From Acidimicrobiia bacterium (lineage in GTDB: Bacteria > Acidobacteriota > Vicinamibacteria > Vicinamibacterales > CAVVIG01), in assembly GCA_016871175.1 (NCBI GenBank), contig VFZL01000001.1:128218-192217 (forward strand): 64,000 bases of DNA, given 5' to 3'. Shown piece by piece: positions 48,230-57,381 of this stretch (positions within the stretch are counted from its first letter, which is position 1; each line of letters begins with the position of its first letter). A model generated the notes under the pieces. The model saw nothing but the letters and a program-made list of their open reading frames with translations. It had not been told where the DNA came from and ran no database searches. The position numbers and the translations under genes are program-made.

Positions 48230-49466
48230 AGGGGGCCGCCGACTGTCCGGCGCTGTTGCGGTCGAAGGGAACAAGAACGCCGCGCTACCGCTGCTTGCGG
48301 CATGTCTGCTCACGAAGGACGAATGCGTGCTGCACAACGTCCCTCGCATCAGCGACGTCAAAGTCATGGCGCGTCTCCTCCAGGACCTCGGCGCGCGCGT
48401 CGAAGGGATCGGCACCACGACGGTCCGCGTGCGATGTCCGGAGGTGCTGAAGGACGAACCGGATGGCACGATGGTGGGGCGACTCCGCGGGTCCGTTCTG
48501 CTCCTCGGACCGCTGCTCGCGCGGCGGGGCCGGGCGCTGCTCGCGCCGCCGGGCGGCGACTTTCCAGCGCGGCGAACGATTTCCACCCATCTTGAGGCGC
48601 TGGTCTCGATGGGCGCGAGAATCCTCGACGGGCCGTCCCATCATCTCGAGGCCCCCAACGGGCTCACGCCGACGTCGATCTACTTGTACGAGGCATCCGT
48701 GACCGGCACAGAGACAGCGTTGCTCGCGGCCGCCGCCGCACCCGGCATCTCGGAGATCCGGCACGCCGCGTGTGAACCCCATGTCGTCGAGCTCTGCGAG
48801 TTCCTGAGGAAGATGGGAGCAGGCATCACCGGAGCGGGCACGTCGACCATCCGCGTCGAAGGATCGCGCACCCTCCACGGCGCCGAGCATCGGCTGTGGG
48901 GCGACTACGTCGAGGCGGGGAGCTGGGCGGTCGTCGCGGCCGTGACGGGCGGTGAGATTGACGTGCACGGCGCGCGGCCCGAGGACCTCGAGGTCGTCGA
49001 AGCCGTGCTGCGTCGGATGAGCATCGCGTGCCATTCGAGCGGTGAGGTCTTTCGCGTCGAGCCCTCACGGCCGGAGGCCGCTGGTCGGATCACGACCGGC
49101 TTGTGGCCGGGGTTCCCGAGCGATCTCGTCAGCCTCGTCACCGTCCTGGCGACCCAGGCCGAGGGACGCACCTTGGTGCACGATTGGATGTACGAGCTGC
49201 GCCTGTTCGCCCTCGAGCAGTTGAGCGGCATGCGCGCCGACCTCTTCCTCTGCGACCCGCACCGCATCATCGTCACGGGTCCAAGAAAGCTGCGGGGCCG
49301 CATTCTCGACAGCAGGGATCTTCGCTCTGGCATGGCACTCATCGCCGCTGCGTTGGCGGCCGATGGGGAGAGCCAGGTGGCGCCACTCGAAACGATCGAG
49401 CGCGGATACGGGACGCTCGTCGACCGCTTGCGCAAGCTTGGCGCACAGGTGTCAAAGGTGGAGTAG
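48210..49466 (+). CDS. murA: UDP-N-acetylglucosamine 1-carboxyvinyltransferase
   Basis: 418 aa. MSTLLIEGGRRLSGAVAVEGNKNAALPLLAACLL.... Active-site loop region ...PGGDFPARRTI. and C-terminal ...IERGY.... Confidence 0.95.
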   Translation: MSTLLIEGGRRLSGAVAVEGNKNAALPLLAACLLTKDECVLHNVPRISDVKVMARLLQDLGARVEGIGTTTVRVRCPEVLKDEPDGTMVGRLRGSVLLLGPLLARRGRALLAPPGGDFPARRTISTHLEALVSMGARILDGPSHHLEAPNGLTPTSIYLYEASVTGTETALLAAAAAPGISEIRHAACEPHVVELCEFLRKMGAGITGAGTSTIRVEGSRTLHGAEHRLWGDYVEAGSWAVVAAVTGGEIDVHGARPEDLEVVEAVLRRMSIACHSSGEVFRVEPSRPEAAGRITTGLWPGFPSDLVSLVTVLATQAEGRTLVHDWMYELRLFALEQLSGMRADLFLCDPHRIIVTGPRKLRGRILDSRDLRSGMALIAAALAADGESQVAPLETIERGYGTLVDRLRKLGAQVSKVE

Positions 49467-49484
49467 CTCGAGCCCGCGCTCGCG

Positions 49485-50822
49485 TCAGCCGTTCGGCAAC
49501 CCGCCGAAGAGGAGGTAGGCGACGATCAACGTGACGCCGACGTTGAACGCCTGGCCACCGAGGAACGCGATGGCCGGCCGACCGCCGCCTGTGGTCACAA
49601 GGCGGCCCAGGTGCGTCTCGAGTCCAATCGACACAAACGCCATCGCGAAGAGCGCGGTGCGGAGCCCCGTCACCAGACTCTTGGTGCTGGCAACTGTCGG
49701 TCCCGCCACGAGGAACGAGAACGCGATCGACTCGAGGAGGAAGCCGAACACGAACTTGGGGAAGCGCTCCCAGATGACCGCGAGGCTCGTGCTCGGTCGC
49801 TCCGGGGACTTGTTCCGGATCGCCCACCAGACCGTCAGTGCAAAGGCCACCAGGCCGATGAGCGCGTTCTGCGAGAGCTTGACCACTACGGCCGCGTTAC
49901 GTCCAGCGTCACCGAGCATCTCACCCGCGGCAACCACGGCTGCGCTCGTGTCGAGCGTGCCTCCCAGCCACGCCCCGGCCACGACGGGGGACATGTCGGT
50001 GGCGCGAGCGATCCACGGCATCAGCACCATCATCGGCATCGCGACGAGCAGCACGAGCGACGTGACGTACGACAGCTTCTTGCGATCGCCCTGGATGGCT
50101 CCGCACGCCGCAATGGCGGCTGACACGCCGCAGATGGACACCGCGCTGGCCAACATGGTGCTCAGCTCGTCGTCGACCCGCATTCGACGACACAGCCAGA
50201 AGCAGAAGGTCCAGACGGTCAAGACCACGACCAGGGCCTGGAGGATGCCGGGCAGGCCGGCCTGCACGATCTCATTGAAGAGGATCGTCGCGCCGAGCAC
50301 GACCAACCCGGTCTTGATGTAGAACTCGGTGCGGACCGCCTCGCGAAGCCACTCAGGGACTCCGCTGGTGTGGTTAACGATCAATCCGATCGCGAGCGCA
50401 AAGATCACGTACTCCAGCCCCCACGCAGCGGCCGTCGTGTAGCCGGCCAGCACTTGTGCCAGCACGGCGAGCGCGTAAACGACCAGCAGTCCAGGGAGGA
50501 AGGCGACCATGCGTACGCGAAGCACGGACGCGCCCACGAGGACGGGTCCCAGGACCAGCAGTGCGATCTGCGCGATCCGCGTGAGATTGGGGAGGGCGGT
50601 CAGACCGCTGAGCGGTGCCGTCTCGCTGCCCCAGGCGAACCGCGGCATGGCCGGCCTGAGGCCGACGAGCACGAGGGCGATCATGGCTCCCCCGATCAGG
50701 ACGGCGAGCCAGTCTTCACCGATGAGCGGCGGACGCTCGGCCTCGAGAGTGCGGGGTTCGGCGGACGCATCGGTTTGAGCGGGCGCACGGCCCGCGAGCA
50801 CGGTCGCACTCGGCTGACTCAT
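49485..50822 (-). CDS. Polytopic membrane transporter, YeiH/UPF0324 (putative sulfate exporter) family
   Basis: 445 aa with ~11-12 TM helices. The family assignment comes from overall pattern recognition only. Confidence 0.65.
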   Translation of the reverse strand: MSQPSATVLAGRAPAQTDASAEPRTLEAERPPLIGEDWLAVLIGGAMIALVLVGLRPAMPRFAWGSETAPLSGLTALPNLTRIAQIALLVLGPVLVGASVLRVRMVAFLPGLLVVYALAVLAQVLAGYTTAAAWGLEYVIFALAIGLIVNHTSGVPEWLREAVRTEFYIKTGLVVLGATILFNEIVQAGLPGILQALVVVLTVWTFCFWLCRRMRVDDELSTMLASAVSICGVSAAIAACGAIQGDRKKLSYVTSLVLLVAMPMMVLMPWIARATDMSPVVAGAWLGGTLDTSAAVVAAGEMLGDAGRNAAVVVKLSQNALIGLVAFALTVWWAIRNKSPERPSTSLAVIWERFPKFVFGFLLESIAFSFLVAGPTVASTKSLVTGLRTALFAMAFVSIGLETHLGRLVTTGGGRPAIAFLGGQAFNVGVTLIVAYLLFGGLPNG

Positions 50823-50871
50823 GACTCGACAGTCTGGCCGGCCGAGGCGTCGCTGTCAACGCTCCTGATCT

Positions 50872-52542
50872 ATGCTGCTCGACATGCCGTTGCCGTCCTA
50901 CGTCTCTGGGGCATCTCATCTTCCGCTGCTGGGGCGCACGATTGGCGCGGAGCTCGATCGGGTCGCGCGGGCGACGCCCGACGCCTTGGCGGTGGTCAGC
51001 CGGCATCAGAGCCTCCGTCTGAGCTACGGAGCGCTGCACGAAGCGGCCGAGCGCTGTGCCCGCGCGCTGCTGGCGCTCGGCGTTGGCAAGGGCGACCGTG
51101 TCGGGATCTGGGCCGGGAATTGCGCGGAGTGGCTCATCGTGCAATATGCCACTGCGCGGGTCGGTGCCATCCTCGTGAACGTCAACCCTGCCTACCGGCG
51201 GCACGAGCTCGAATATGCGCTGTCGCACAGCGAGGTATCGCTCTTGATCGCGGCGCGTGCGTTCCGGCGGACCGACTACATCGAGATGATCCTGAGTGTG
51301 CGCCCCGGGCTCCCGCGCCTCGAGCGGGTCATCCTGCTCGGCGACGGTGAGTCCGGGATGCTCGCCTGGAGTGATTTCGTCGAGCGAGGCACGGCGGTGT
51401 CACCGGCTACGCTTGCGCAACGCGAGTCGATCCTCGACTTCGACGATCCGATCAACATCCAATACACCTCCGGAACGACAGGCTTTCCGAAGGGCGCGAC
51501 TCTGGCGCATCACAGCATCCTCAATAACGGTTTCTTCGTCGGGGAACGATGCGGATACACCGACGCCGACCGCATCTGCGTGCCCGTGCCGCTGTATCAC
51601 TGCTTCGGCATGGTGATGGGCAATCTCGGCGCGCTGACGCACGGTGCGGCGGTCGTGTACCCCTCGGCTGCGTTCGATCCGCAGGCGACGCTCGAAGCGA
51701 TCCAAGCCGAACGCTGTACGTCGCTGTATGGCGTTCCGACGATGTTCATCGAGCAGCTTGAGCATCCTGATTTCGCGAAGTATGACCTCAAGAGCCTGCG
51801 GACGGGCATCATGGCGGGTTCGCCATGTCCGGTGGAGGTGATGAAGCAGGTCATCGAGCGCATGCACCTGAAAGAGTTGACGATTTGCTACGGCATGACC
51901 GAGACGTCACCAGTGTCGTTCCAGAGCGCCAGAGCCGACGACTTGGAGCACCGCACCGCGACGGTCGGCGCGGTGCATCCGCATGTGGAATGCAAGATTG
52001 TCGATCCCGAAACCGGTCACACCGTGCCTCGAGGGACGCCGGGCGAGCTGTTGAGCCGCGGCTATCTCGTGATGTCGAGGTACTGGAGCGACGCCGAAGC
52101 GACCACGCGCGCGATCGATTCGGCGCGGTGGATGCACACCGGTGACCTAGCCGTCATGCGGGACGACGGGTACGTGAACATCATCGGTCGCATCAAGGAC
52201 ATGGTCATCCGCGGTGGCGAAAACATCTTCCCGAGGGAAGTCGAGGAATTCCTGTACCGGCACCCCAAGATTCAAGACGTCCAAGTCATCGGTGTCCCGG
52301 ACGTCAAGTACGGCGAGGAGCTGTGCGCCTGGATCAAGTTGCGCGAAGGGATGACCGCCACGGCCGAAGAAATCCAGGCGTTCTGCCGAGGCCAGATCGC
52401 GACCTTCAAGATCCCGCGGTACATCCGACTGACGGACAGTTTCCCGATGACGGTCACAGGGAAGGTGCGGAAGGTCGACATGCGTGCAGTGTCAATCGAG
52501 GAACTCGGGCTCCAGGACGCGGCGTCCACCCGAACGGCGTGA
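50872..52542 (+). CDS. AMP-binding acyl-CoA synthetase / fatty-acid-CoA ligase
   Basis: 556 aa. AMP-binding motif [20 protein letters not shown], ...YGMTETSP..., [29 protein letters not shown] and a C-terminal TGKVRK. Confidence 0.88.
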   Translation: MLLDMPLPSYVSGASHLPLLGRTIGAELDRVARATPDALAVVSRHQSLRLSYGALHEAAERCARALLALGVGKGDRVGIWAGNCAEWLIVQYATARVGAILVNVNPAYRRHELEYALSHSEVSLLIAARAFRRTDYIEMILSVRPGLPRLERVILLGDGESGMLAWSDFVERGTAVSPATLAQRESILDFDDPINIQYTSGTTGFPKGATLAHHSILNNGFFVGERCGYTDADRICVPVPLYHCFGMVMGNLGALTHGAAVVYPSAAFDPQATLEAIQAERCTSLYGVPTMFIEQLEHPDFAKYDLKSLRTGIMAGSPCPVEVMKQVIERMHLKELTICYGMTETSPVSFQSARADDLEHRTATVGAVHPHVECKIVDPETGHTVPRGTPGELLSRGYLVMSRYWSDAEATTRAIDSARWMHTGDLAVMRDDGYVNIIGRIKDMVIRGGENIFPREVEEFLYRHPKIQDVQVIGVPDVKYGEELCAWIKLREGMTATAEEIQAFCRGQIATFKIPRYIRLTDSFPMTVTGKVRKVDMRAVSIEELGLQDAASTRTA

Positions 52543-52606
52543 ACCTCGGGAAGCCGCCTGCCGTCGCCGGCCAGAGTGCGCCACGTGGCGAGGCGATCGA
52601 GGAACG

Positions 52607-53380
52607 CTAGGCACCGGAATTGATGAAATCCGCGAGTGCCGTCTGGTATGCCGCCCATTCGTGGATATCGTTGTGGCCCGCGTCTGGCACCGTCACCGAT
52701 CGCACGCTGCGACCGAAGGCTCTCGCGAGCTGCTCCGCATGGGAGGGCGGAATCACCTCGTCTTGGCCCGCCGCGATGACGAGTGTCGGCGCCTTGACGT
52801 CGGCCGCAAACCGATCGGAGCGAAATCGGTCCCGTGCCAACAGCCCGACCGGGAACCATGGCAACGCGCGCCGGCCGACCGCCACGAGACTGTTGAAGGG
52901 TGTGATCAGCACGAGCTTCGTCCCGGGACGGCTCGCGGCCAGCTGCACCGCGACGCCGCTGCCGAGGCTGCGGCCGACCACGACGATGTCGTCGCGGTCG
53001 CCGGCCACGCTGTCGAACACGACCTTCGCATCGGCAACGAGCGCAGCTTCCGAGGGTGTGCCGCTGCTGCCACCGTAACCCCGATAGCGAACGAACACGA
53101 GCGTGCGATGAGGACACAGCGCTGCGAGAGCGCCGATGGACTGCGCCACGTCTTCCGCATTGCCGCCAAAATACAGGAGCGCTCCCCTGCCCGGCCGCCG
53201 GAGGACGATGTTCTGGAGCACGGCGCCGTCGACCGTCACGGGTTCGATCGCGCCAACGACAGGCCGCGACGGTGGCACCGGAAAATAGACCATCGAACGC
53301 TGCGTGACATAGATCCAGGCGCAGAGTGCGACGTACGCCGCAACCAGTACCAACGGCAGCGCCAGCATCGAGTGCTTCAA
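52607..53380 (-). CDS. Alpha/beta hydrolase with an N-terminal membrane anchor
   Basis: 257 aa. Nucleophile elbow VVVGRSLGSGVA (GxSxG), and a late ...D..I...H pattern (AGHNDIH). Confidence 0.75.
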   Translation of the reverse strand: MKHSMLALPLVLVAAYVALCAWIYVTQRSMVYFPVPPSRPVVGAIEPVTVDGAVLQNIVLRRPGRGALLYFGGNAEDVAQSIGALAALCPHRTLVFVRYRGYGGSSGTPSEAALVADAKVVFDSVAGDRDDIVVVGRSLGSGVAVQLAASRPGTKLVLITPFNSLVAVGRRALPWFPVGLLARDRFRSDRFAADVKAPTLVIAAGQDEVIPPSHAEQLARAFGRSVRSVTVPDAGHNDIHEWAAYQTALADFINSGA

Positions 53381-53530
53381 CGTTTGGTTGCGATCATGAT
53401 ACCGCGAGGCTGGCGCGGTCCTGCCCCTAGCAACAGCGTCGACTGGGCGCGCAGCAGGACCCCGGCGGCCGTTGCGTGGCGGGCACGGCTGCGCCGAGGC
53501 GCGTGGCTCGGTGATGCGCCCTAGGTGCCG

Positions 53531-54919
53531 TCACGCGAGTGGCTCCGAGATTGGCACCGGAGGCACCGGCAGCGCGTCCCTCCCTGCCGACAGTCTGATG
53601 CGAAACTCCCGCCTCAACAGCCACAGCCCGAGCGCCATCTGCAGCACCACCGAGAGCACCGTCAGGTACCACACCCACGTCAGCTGAACGCCCGGCCAAC
53701 TCGAAAGGACGTACGCCGGAATCGCGACCACCACGATGCGCACGAACGAGGTCGCGAGGGAGGGCATGGTGTGACCCATGGCCTGGAACATGCTCGCCGT
53801 CACGAACACGAGGCCGGACGCAAGATAGCTCCAGGAGACAATCCGCAGGTACTGCTCGCCGACGGCGATGACCGCCAGATCGTCCGAGAAGAAGCGTACC
53901 AAGGCCTCGGCGAACGACTGACAGATGACGAAGAGGAGAAACATCCCCGCCACAGCGAGGCCAGCGGCGATGCGAAAGGTCGCACGGACGCGGTCGGGCC
54001 GACGTGCGCCGAAATTCTGCCCCGCGACAGGCGCGACGGCGAACCCCAGCGAGACGATCGGCATGAATCCCGCCTGGCCGACACGTTGACCGATACCGAA
54101 GCCCGCCTGCGCGGCCGCGCCGAACGGTTGACTCACGACATACACAACGCCCAGATATACGGCGATCAGCGCGAACTCCACACCCGCCGGGAGACCGATT
54201 CCCAGCAACCGCTTCCACGTGGCGAGATCGGGCACCATTTCCGCGCGCCGAACCCGCAGAAACGATCCGGGACGCTCGGCGTACACATACAACCACGCGA
54301 CGCCGACGGCGACCGCGACGAGTGTCGAGACGGCAGCGCCCGCGACGCCCATGGCGTTACCAGTGCCCCAGCCGAAGATGAGAATCGGTGCGAGCGTCAT
54401 GTTCAGCACCACCGTTGCGCTCCCGACGACCATCCCGGGCTTGAAGTCGCCCATCCCGCGAAGTGCCGCCGAGACAGCGATCAACGCGAACTGCAGCGCC
54501 ATCGCGGGCACGAACCACCACAAGAACTGTTGCGCGAGGCCGGCCGTGTATTCGTCCGCGCTGAACGTGCGGGCATAGAACGGGGTGAGGGCGATGCCGA
54601 TGATCAGAAATACGCCGCCCGCCACGCCCGACAGCGTTTGTGCCTGATTGAAGACACGTCGTGCCGCGTCGGGATCCCGTCGGCCCGCTGCATGCGCCAC
54701 GAGTGTGGTCGTCCCCACGCCGAGCATCTGCGTCAGCGCGAGTACGACGAAGGTCAGGTTCCCGGCGACGCCCACTGCGGCGACGGCCTCCTTGCCCAGG
54801 CGGCCCATCCAGTAGAGGTCTGCCAGGAAGTACATGGTCTGGAAGGCCATTGTGAAGAGCATGAAGCCCGCGGTAGAGAAGAGGTGCCGCGTAAGGGAAC
54901 CGGAGGTGAGGTTGTTCAT
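53531..54919 (-). CDS. MATE family efflux transporter
   Basis: Start at ATG 54919 (MNNLTSGSLTRHLFSTAGFML...). 12 TM helices. ...YWMGRLGKEAVAAVGVAGNL...GVGTTTLVAHAAGRRDPDAA. The 68 upstream codons of the track ORF would overlap the divergent gene. Confidence 0.88.
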   Translation of the reverse strand: MNNLTSGSLTRHLFSTAGFMLFTMAFQTMYFLADLYWMGRLGKEAVAAVGVAGNLTFVVLALTQMLGVGTTTLVAHAAGRRDPDAARRVFNQAQTLSGVAGGVFLIIGIALTPFYARTFSADEYTAGLAQQFLWWFVPAMALQFALIAVSAALRGMGDFKPGMVVGSATVVLNMTLAPILIFGWGTGNAMGVAGAAVSTLVAVAVGVAWLYVYAERPGSFLRVRRAEMVPDLATWKRLLGIGLPAGVEFALIAVYLGVVYVVSQPFGAAAQAGFGIGQRVGQAGFMPIVSLGFAVAPVAGQNFGARRPDRVRATFRIAAGLAVAGMFLLFVICQSFAEALVRFFSDDLAVIAVGEQYLRIVSWSYLASGLVFVTASMFQAMGHTMPSLATSFVRIVVVAIPAYVLSSWPGVQLTWVWYLTVLSVVLQMALGLWLLRREFRIRLSAGRDALPVPPVPISEPLA

Positions 54920-54956
54920 CACTACGTCATTGATTGTACGACGTGGGCGCGACCCG

Positions 54957-57340
54957 ATGAAGCGCCTTTCGCGGCGCGCCCTGTCGGTCGTCCTCGCCAC
55001 TGCGGTCATCGCCTCGGCGTCGGTCGACATTTCTGTGCAACGCGAGGATTGGACCGAGCCCGCCACGCGCGAGTGGCCCTTGGCCGGCGGCGACTGGCGC
55101 GGCACGCGATACTCCGCCCTCACTCAGGTCGACGCCACGACGGTGACGCAACTCCGAGGCGCGTGGGTCACCGAGTTGCCCGGTCGCGAATCCCAAAACA
55201 AGGTGACACCCATCGTCCGCGACGGGTTGATGTACGTCGTCACCGGCACGAGTGTGCACGCTCTCGACGCGCGAACCGGCGCTCGCGTGTGGAGCCAGCC
55301 CACCAACACGCAGATGAATCGTGGCATCGCCGTCGGCGACGGCTTGGTGTTCGTGGGCCAGTTCGACGCCTCGGTGGTCGCGCTGGATTGGAGAACCGGT
55401 CAGCGCGTCTGGACGTACGCGGAGAAGATGGACGCCGGCCAGCGAATCACCGGTCCGCCCGTCACGCGGACGGTCTCGTCATCATCGGCATCTCTGGCGG
55501 GGACTGGTTCGTCCGCTGCCGTGTCATGGCGCTCGACGCGAAGACCGGTCGGGAGCTCTGGAGCTTCTACACGGTGCCCGCGCCGGGCGAGCCGGGATCA
55601 GAGACGTGGCCCCCCAACAACGACGTGTGGAAGTACGGCGGTGGAGCTGTGTGGACGTTCCCGGTGGTGGATCGTGACCTGGGCCTCGTCTACGTGCAGA
55701 CGGGCAACGCCGTGCCGCCCTGGGGCGGTGAGCTCCGCGCCGGCGACAATCTCTACACCTGCTCCGTGCTGGCGCTCGACCTGAAGACCGGGAAGCTCCG
55801 CTGGTACAAACAGCTCCTTCACCATGACATTTGGGAGGCGGACGTCTCGACGCCGCTCGTCCTGTACGACACGTCAATCGGCGGCAGGACGAGGATGGTC
55901 CTGGCTGCGATGCGCACTGACGGCTTCCTGTTCCTCATGGATCGCGCGACCGGTGAGTTCCTGCAGCGCGTCGAAGAACGGGCGGTGAAACAAGACGCGC
56001 AGCTGAAGACCTCGCGGACGCAGCCATTTCCGGTCGGTGCCGATCGGGTCGGTCCCTAGTGCGTGCCGCGGGACACGGTGCTCGAAGGGTTTCTACTCGG
56101 ATGCCACTACGACCCGATCCTGCCCGACGTCCCGAACCTCGCCGTGCCGTACATGAACATGCGGTTCTCGCCGATGTCGTACAGCCCGCAGACTGGACAT
56201 TTGTATGGGACCGGGTGCGTCTATCCATTCTGGATTCGCCGGCCCGATCGGCCGTGGCTTGGCTTCGGGCCAGTGGTCGGTCATATCCCTGGACAGTAGG
56301 CCTACGGGAGTCTGGTCGCGCTCGATGGTCGAACCGGCAAGCGCGTGTGGGAACATCGGCTTCCGTATCCGGGCTGCGGGGGCAGCGGGACCCTCGCGAC
56401 GGCGAGCGGATTGCTGTTTCACGGCGATCCCGGTGGCCACTTCCAGGCATACGACGCGCGGACCGGTCGGCTCGTCTGGCAGTTCCAGACCGGATCGCTT
56501 GGACCGTGGTCGTCGGCGCTGGGACCGGGTACTGGACCGGCGATCGCCTACCAGGTCAACGGCGAGCAGCACCTGGTCTTCGCGATCGACCGCGCGATCT
56601 GGGCGTTCAAGATTGGCGGCACCATCGGACCGATGGCGGTGCCCGAGGCGTATCCAGCTGAGGAGCCCTTTCGCGGCGCAGTCCGTGAGACGACCGAGAT
56701 CGCGCTGTCGGCACTTGTCTCCGAAGACAATCCGAACACGGGACGTCGTCACGAGTGGGTCTCAGAGCACGCGGTGAATCCCACGCGGGCGGCGGTCGCG
56801 CCGGGCGCGACGGTGACGTGGCGCAACACTGGCACGCTCACACACACGATCGTCGCGCAGGATCGCTCGTGGGCGACCGGGCCAATCGGACCTGGTGCTT
56901 CGGCGTCGGTCACGATGGCGAAGCGCGGGTCGGTGGCCTAAATCTGCCAAGATCACCCGTGGGTCATCGCCGAGCTCACCATCGGCGCACGCACGTCGCA
57001 GGGCGTGTACACACGGACGCACGCCGCGCGCGGCGCAGCGGAGTATCAGCGTGCGTGTGCGTCGTGTCATCTGGCTGACCTCACGGGGCAGCACACCTCG
57101 CCGGCGCTGGCTGGCGAGACATTCTTGCGGCTGTACGACGGCAGGCCGGTCGCGGCGCTGTTCGAGCGCACTCGTTCGACGATGTCGCAAGGGGCGGTCG
57201 GATCGCTGAGCGCACAGGCGTACGCGGACGTTGTCGCGTTCCTGCTTGAAGCGAATCGATATCCGGCTGGCGACCGCGAGCTGAGCCCGGACGTCCGACA
57301 GCTCCAGCAGGTCACGATCAGCCGACCGTCCGCGCCGTGA
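54957..57340 (+). pseudogene. Secreted PQQ beta-propeller dehydrogenase fused to cupredoxin-like and cytochrome c domains; disrupted by 1 frameshift and 3 in-frame stops
   Basis: Signal peptide MKRLSRRALSVVLATAVIASA in frame 0 runs to ~55465. Homology continues one base back in frame 2 (...ADGLVIIGISGGDWFVRCRVMALDAKTGRELW...). That frame carries in-frame TAG at 56057, TAG at 56297 and TAA at 56939, with propeller motifs continuing across them (GSLVALDGRTGKRVWEH; AYDARTGRLVWQF). Next comes a cupredoxin-like block (GATVTWRNTGTLTHTIVA...*ICQDHPW), then a heme site CASCH. Confidence 0.8.
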
Positions 57341-57381
57341 GGGGTCTCGAGAAGCCGGTGTTTTCTGACATGAGGAGTGAG

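Noticed and set aside
46955-48586. 543-aa minus-strand ORF; likewise 39553..41106 (+), 26212..27346 (-), 27367..28686 (-), 30829..32237 (-), 34805..35785 (-) and 10741-type ORFs elsewhere in the track
   Set aside because: All are antisense to genes with strong homology (pxpC/murB/murA, polX, ftsY, ribD, ffh/rpsP, rnhB/TPR). All translate to Arg/Pro/Ala-rich low-complexity sequence.
53525-55460. N-terminal ~640 codons of the 844-aa plus-strand ORF 53525..56059
   Set aside because: This part is antisense to the MATE transporter and has no recognisable domains. Only the portion after ~55465 carries PQQ-propeller homology, and that part is assigned to the frameshifted quinoprotein gene.
17104-56941. 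Stop-codon reassignment (TAG, TGA or TAA read as sense; Pyl or Sec)
   Set aside because: All three stop codons also terminate well-conserved genes at their expected ends: TAG for groES and the M16 peptidase, TAA for nrdR and plsY, TGA for groEL and rnr. All three types occur among the internal stops. No SECIS-like or PYLIS-like context, and no pyl or sel genes, are visible in the window.
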